A DNA stretch of 26,114 bases from Candidatus Krumholzibacteriia bacterium (GTDB lineage Bacteria > Krumholzibacteriota > Krumholzibacteriia > WVZY01), in assembly GCA_046754105.1 (NCBI GenBank), contig JBHHVD010000043.1, positions 1 to 26,114 on the forward strand. The letters are read 5' to 3'. The position numbers and the translations under genes are program-made. The notes beneath the pieces were generated by a model. It was not told where the DNA came from. It saw only the letters and a list, made by a program, of their open reading frames with translations, and ran no database searches. This document shows, piece by piece, positions 24,546 through 26,114 of this stretch (positions are counted from its first letter, which is position 1; the number at the start of each line of letters is the position of its first letter).

Positions 24546-25235
24546 CTACCCGCGCGGCCCCCGGTTATTCAAAGCGGCCAGCACGCGCTCGGTGTGCTGC
24601 AGCCGGTCGCGGCGTTCGATGCGCCGGGCAAACAGCATGCTCTGCAGCAAGGCCAGCGAGTGCGGGCTGTCGACATCGTACCAGATCGGCAGGAGGGAGA
24701 AGGCGAGTTCGTTCCGGTGGATGCGATCGAGCGTCTGTTCGAGCACGACGTCGCTGCCCCAGGTCACTCCCTCGAACAGCGGATCAATCGTCTTCCGTAG
24801 CCCGATCAGGTAATAACCGCCGTCGGACGACGGGCCTAAGACCACGTCCTTGCGTTTGAGCTTGAGCCACGCCCTTTTCAAGAACACAAGGGGCACGTCG
24901 GGGCTGTCGGAGCCGATGATCAACGCCGTTCCGCTCTCCCCGCCCAGCAGGTGCCCGAACGCGTTGCACAGACGCTCTCCGAGATGCGCACCGTGCTGGC
25001 GACGAAGGTCGAAGCCTTCGGGGACCAGGCGACGTAATGCGCCCTCGTCATCGCCGGCGTAGAAGACGGTCGCGTCGATTTTTTTCAAACGGGCGAGGCG
25101 CACAAAAAGGTCCTCGAGGAACGCCCCGTACAGCTCGCAGGCCTCTTCAGGTGAGAGGGGGGGCACGAGCCGGGTTTTGACTTTGCCCGGCCGGGGGACT
25201 TTGACGAAGATGCCCAGTTTTCTGGAATACGCCAT
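24546..25235 (-). CDS. TIGR04282/DUF2064-like (CofC-like, GT-A fold) transferase
   Basis: Motifs KVPRPGKVKTRL, LGERL, IIGSDSP, VVLGPSSDGGYYLIG and WYDVD. Confidence 0.88.
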   Translation of the reverse strand: MAYSRKLGIFVKVPRPGKVKTRLVPPLSPEEACELYGAFLEDLFVRLARLKKIDATVFYAGDDEGALRRLVPEGFDLRRQHGAHLGERLCNAFGHLLGGESGTALIIGSDSPDVPLVFLKRAWLKLKRKDVVLGPSSDGGYYLIGLRKTIDPLFEGVTWGSDVVLEQTLDRIHRNELAFSLLPIWYDVDSPHSLALLQSMLFARRIERRDRLQHTERVLAALNNRGPRG

Positions 25236-25262
25236 ACGATCACGTCACCAATGTGAGCCGTC

Positions 25263-25291
25263 ATGATACCACCTGGCGCGCGTGCTGACAA
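25263..25291 (-). promoter_or_regulatory. Sigma70-type promoter for the transferase-rhomboid pair
   Basis: Minus strand reads TTGTCA-N17-TATCAT with an extended -10 TG. Confidence 0.65.
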
Positions 25292-25302
25292 TTGCGCCCC
25301 GG

Positions 25303-26049
25303 TCACCGTGCGTTTCGCGTCGCCACGACCAGGGTGGCGGTCGCCAGAAACGGCACGCGCGTGCAGTCGGTGCGAAAGACCGTTCTGCGAAGGGCGCGCT
25401 GGAGCGCCGGCCATACGACGACGTCCATCGGCGCCGTAACGTAGGTGTGCCTCACGATAGTGAACCCGGAGCGCTCGATCTTGCGGACGATCTCTCGCCG
25501 TCCGTAGATACGCGCCCTTGCGTAGCGATCGTGGAGACGCTTCGGCAACCAGCTGAAGAACGGGACCCGGTTCCAGGCAAGCAGCGGCAGGTCGGCGCCG
25601 TGCGTTTCAAAAACCCACCACCGGTTGGGCACGGACATGACCAGGATGCCGCCGGGCCGGATCACGCGGCCCAGCTCGGCGAGGGCTTCGCGCTCGTCTC
25701 GTACGTGCTCGAGCACCTCGAACGAGATCGCGTAGTCGACGCTGCCGGCGCGCAACGGCAGCCGGTCGCCGTCGTAGTGAACCGCGAAGACACCCGGGCC
25801 GCGTTCGTTCGCGTTCGTCGCGAACTGCTGCAGCGGCGTGTGGTGCACGTCGACGCCGACCGTCACCGCGAAATGTGGTGCGAAGAGCAGAGTCTGAGCG
25901 CCGTTGCCGCATCCGAAGTCCAGCAGGACCCGCCCCGAAAGCGGTGTCAGCCGCCGCGCGATGCGGTAACGCCGCTGGATGATCAGGTCGTCCTCGCCGG
26001 CCGATTTGCCCGCGGCGAGGTGGGGAAGGGCCTGTGGGGACGGTCGCAT
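25303..26049 (-). CDS. Class I SAM-dependent methyltransferase
   Basis: Motifs LLDFGCGNG, VGVDV, SFEVLEHV and RVIRPGGILVMSVPN. ATG 26049 lies 7 nt below a -10 box. Confidence 0.9.
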   Translation of the reverse strand: MRPSPQALPHLAAGKSAGEDDLIIQRRYRIARRLTPLSGRVLLDFGCGNGAQTLLFAPHFAVTVGVDVHHTPLQQFATNANERGPGVFAVHYDGDRLPLRAGSVDYAISFEVLEHVRDEREALAELGRVIRPGGILVMSVPNRWWVFETHGADLPLLAWNRVPFFSWLPKRLHDRYARARIYGRREIVRKIERSGFTIVRHTYVTAPMDVVVWPALQRALRRTVFRTDCTRVPFLATATLVVATRNAR

Positions 26050-26056
26050 GGCCCGC

Positions 26057-26085
26057 AGTGTAGGGGATCGAGGTGGACGCGTCAA
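26057..26085 (-). promoter_or_regulatory. Sigma70-type promoter, probably giving a leaderless methyltransferase mRNA
   Basis: Minus strand reads TTGACG-N17-TACACT-N7-ATG, with no Shine-Dalgarno. Confidence 0.7.
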
Positions 26086-26114
26086 CGCGTGCGAGCCTGC
26101 TTGACATTTCCCGG

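Noticed and set aside
26101..26114. TTGACA at the right edge as a divergent promoter
   Set aside because: The -10 region and the gene lie outside the window, so it cannot be supported.

Overview
This is a high-GC bacterial chromosomal window. A T9SS-type C-terminal sorting domain, a DUF3078-like protein and the high GC suggest an FCB-group lineage such as Ca. Krumholzibacteriota, Latescibacterota or Eisenbacteria (inference). The flanks are ordinary. Left, on the minus strand: GT4 glycosyltransferase (runs off the edge), fumarylacetoacetate-hydrolase-family protein, dsbD, DUF3078-like protein and an O-methyltransferase. Right: an exported hypothetical protein, histidine phosphatase, rhomboid protease, TIGR04282/DUF2064-like protein and a SAM methyltransferase. 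The central ~16 kb (6018-22063) looks like a candidate envelope proteolysis and signalling system. On the plus strand lie a signal-peptide-bearing TPR-CHAT caspase-like protease with an intact His/Cys dyad, an ungapped degenerate copy of the next gene, a small exported protein of the kind usually associated with bacterial matrixins, and a 3041-aa T9SS-type cargo with a matrixin zinc-protease domain and four beta-propeller regions. Converging on these from the minus strand are an exported FecR-like/DUF928-like/TPR protein and a membrane Ser/Thr kinase with extracytoplasmic TPRs. Several sigma70-type promoters are readable, including one overlapped by a palindromic operator and some that imply leaderless mRNAs. 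I saw no rRNA, tRNA, CRISPR array or mobile element. All family calls are by motif recognition only; no searches were run.
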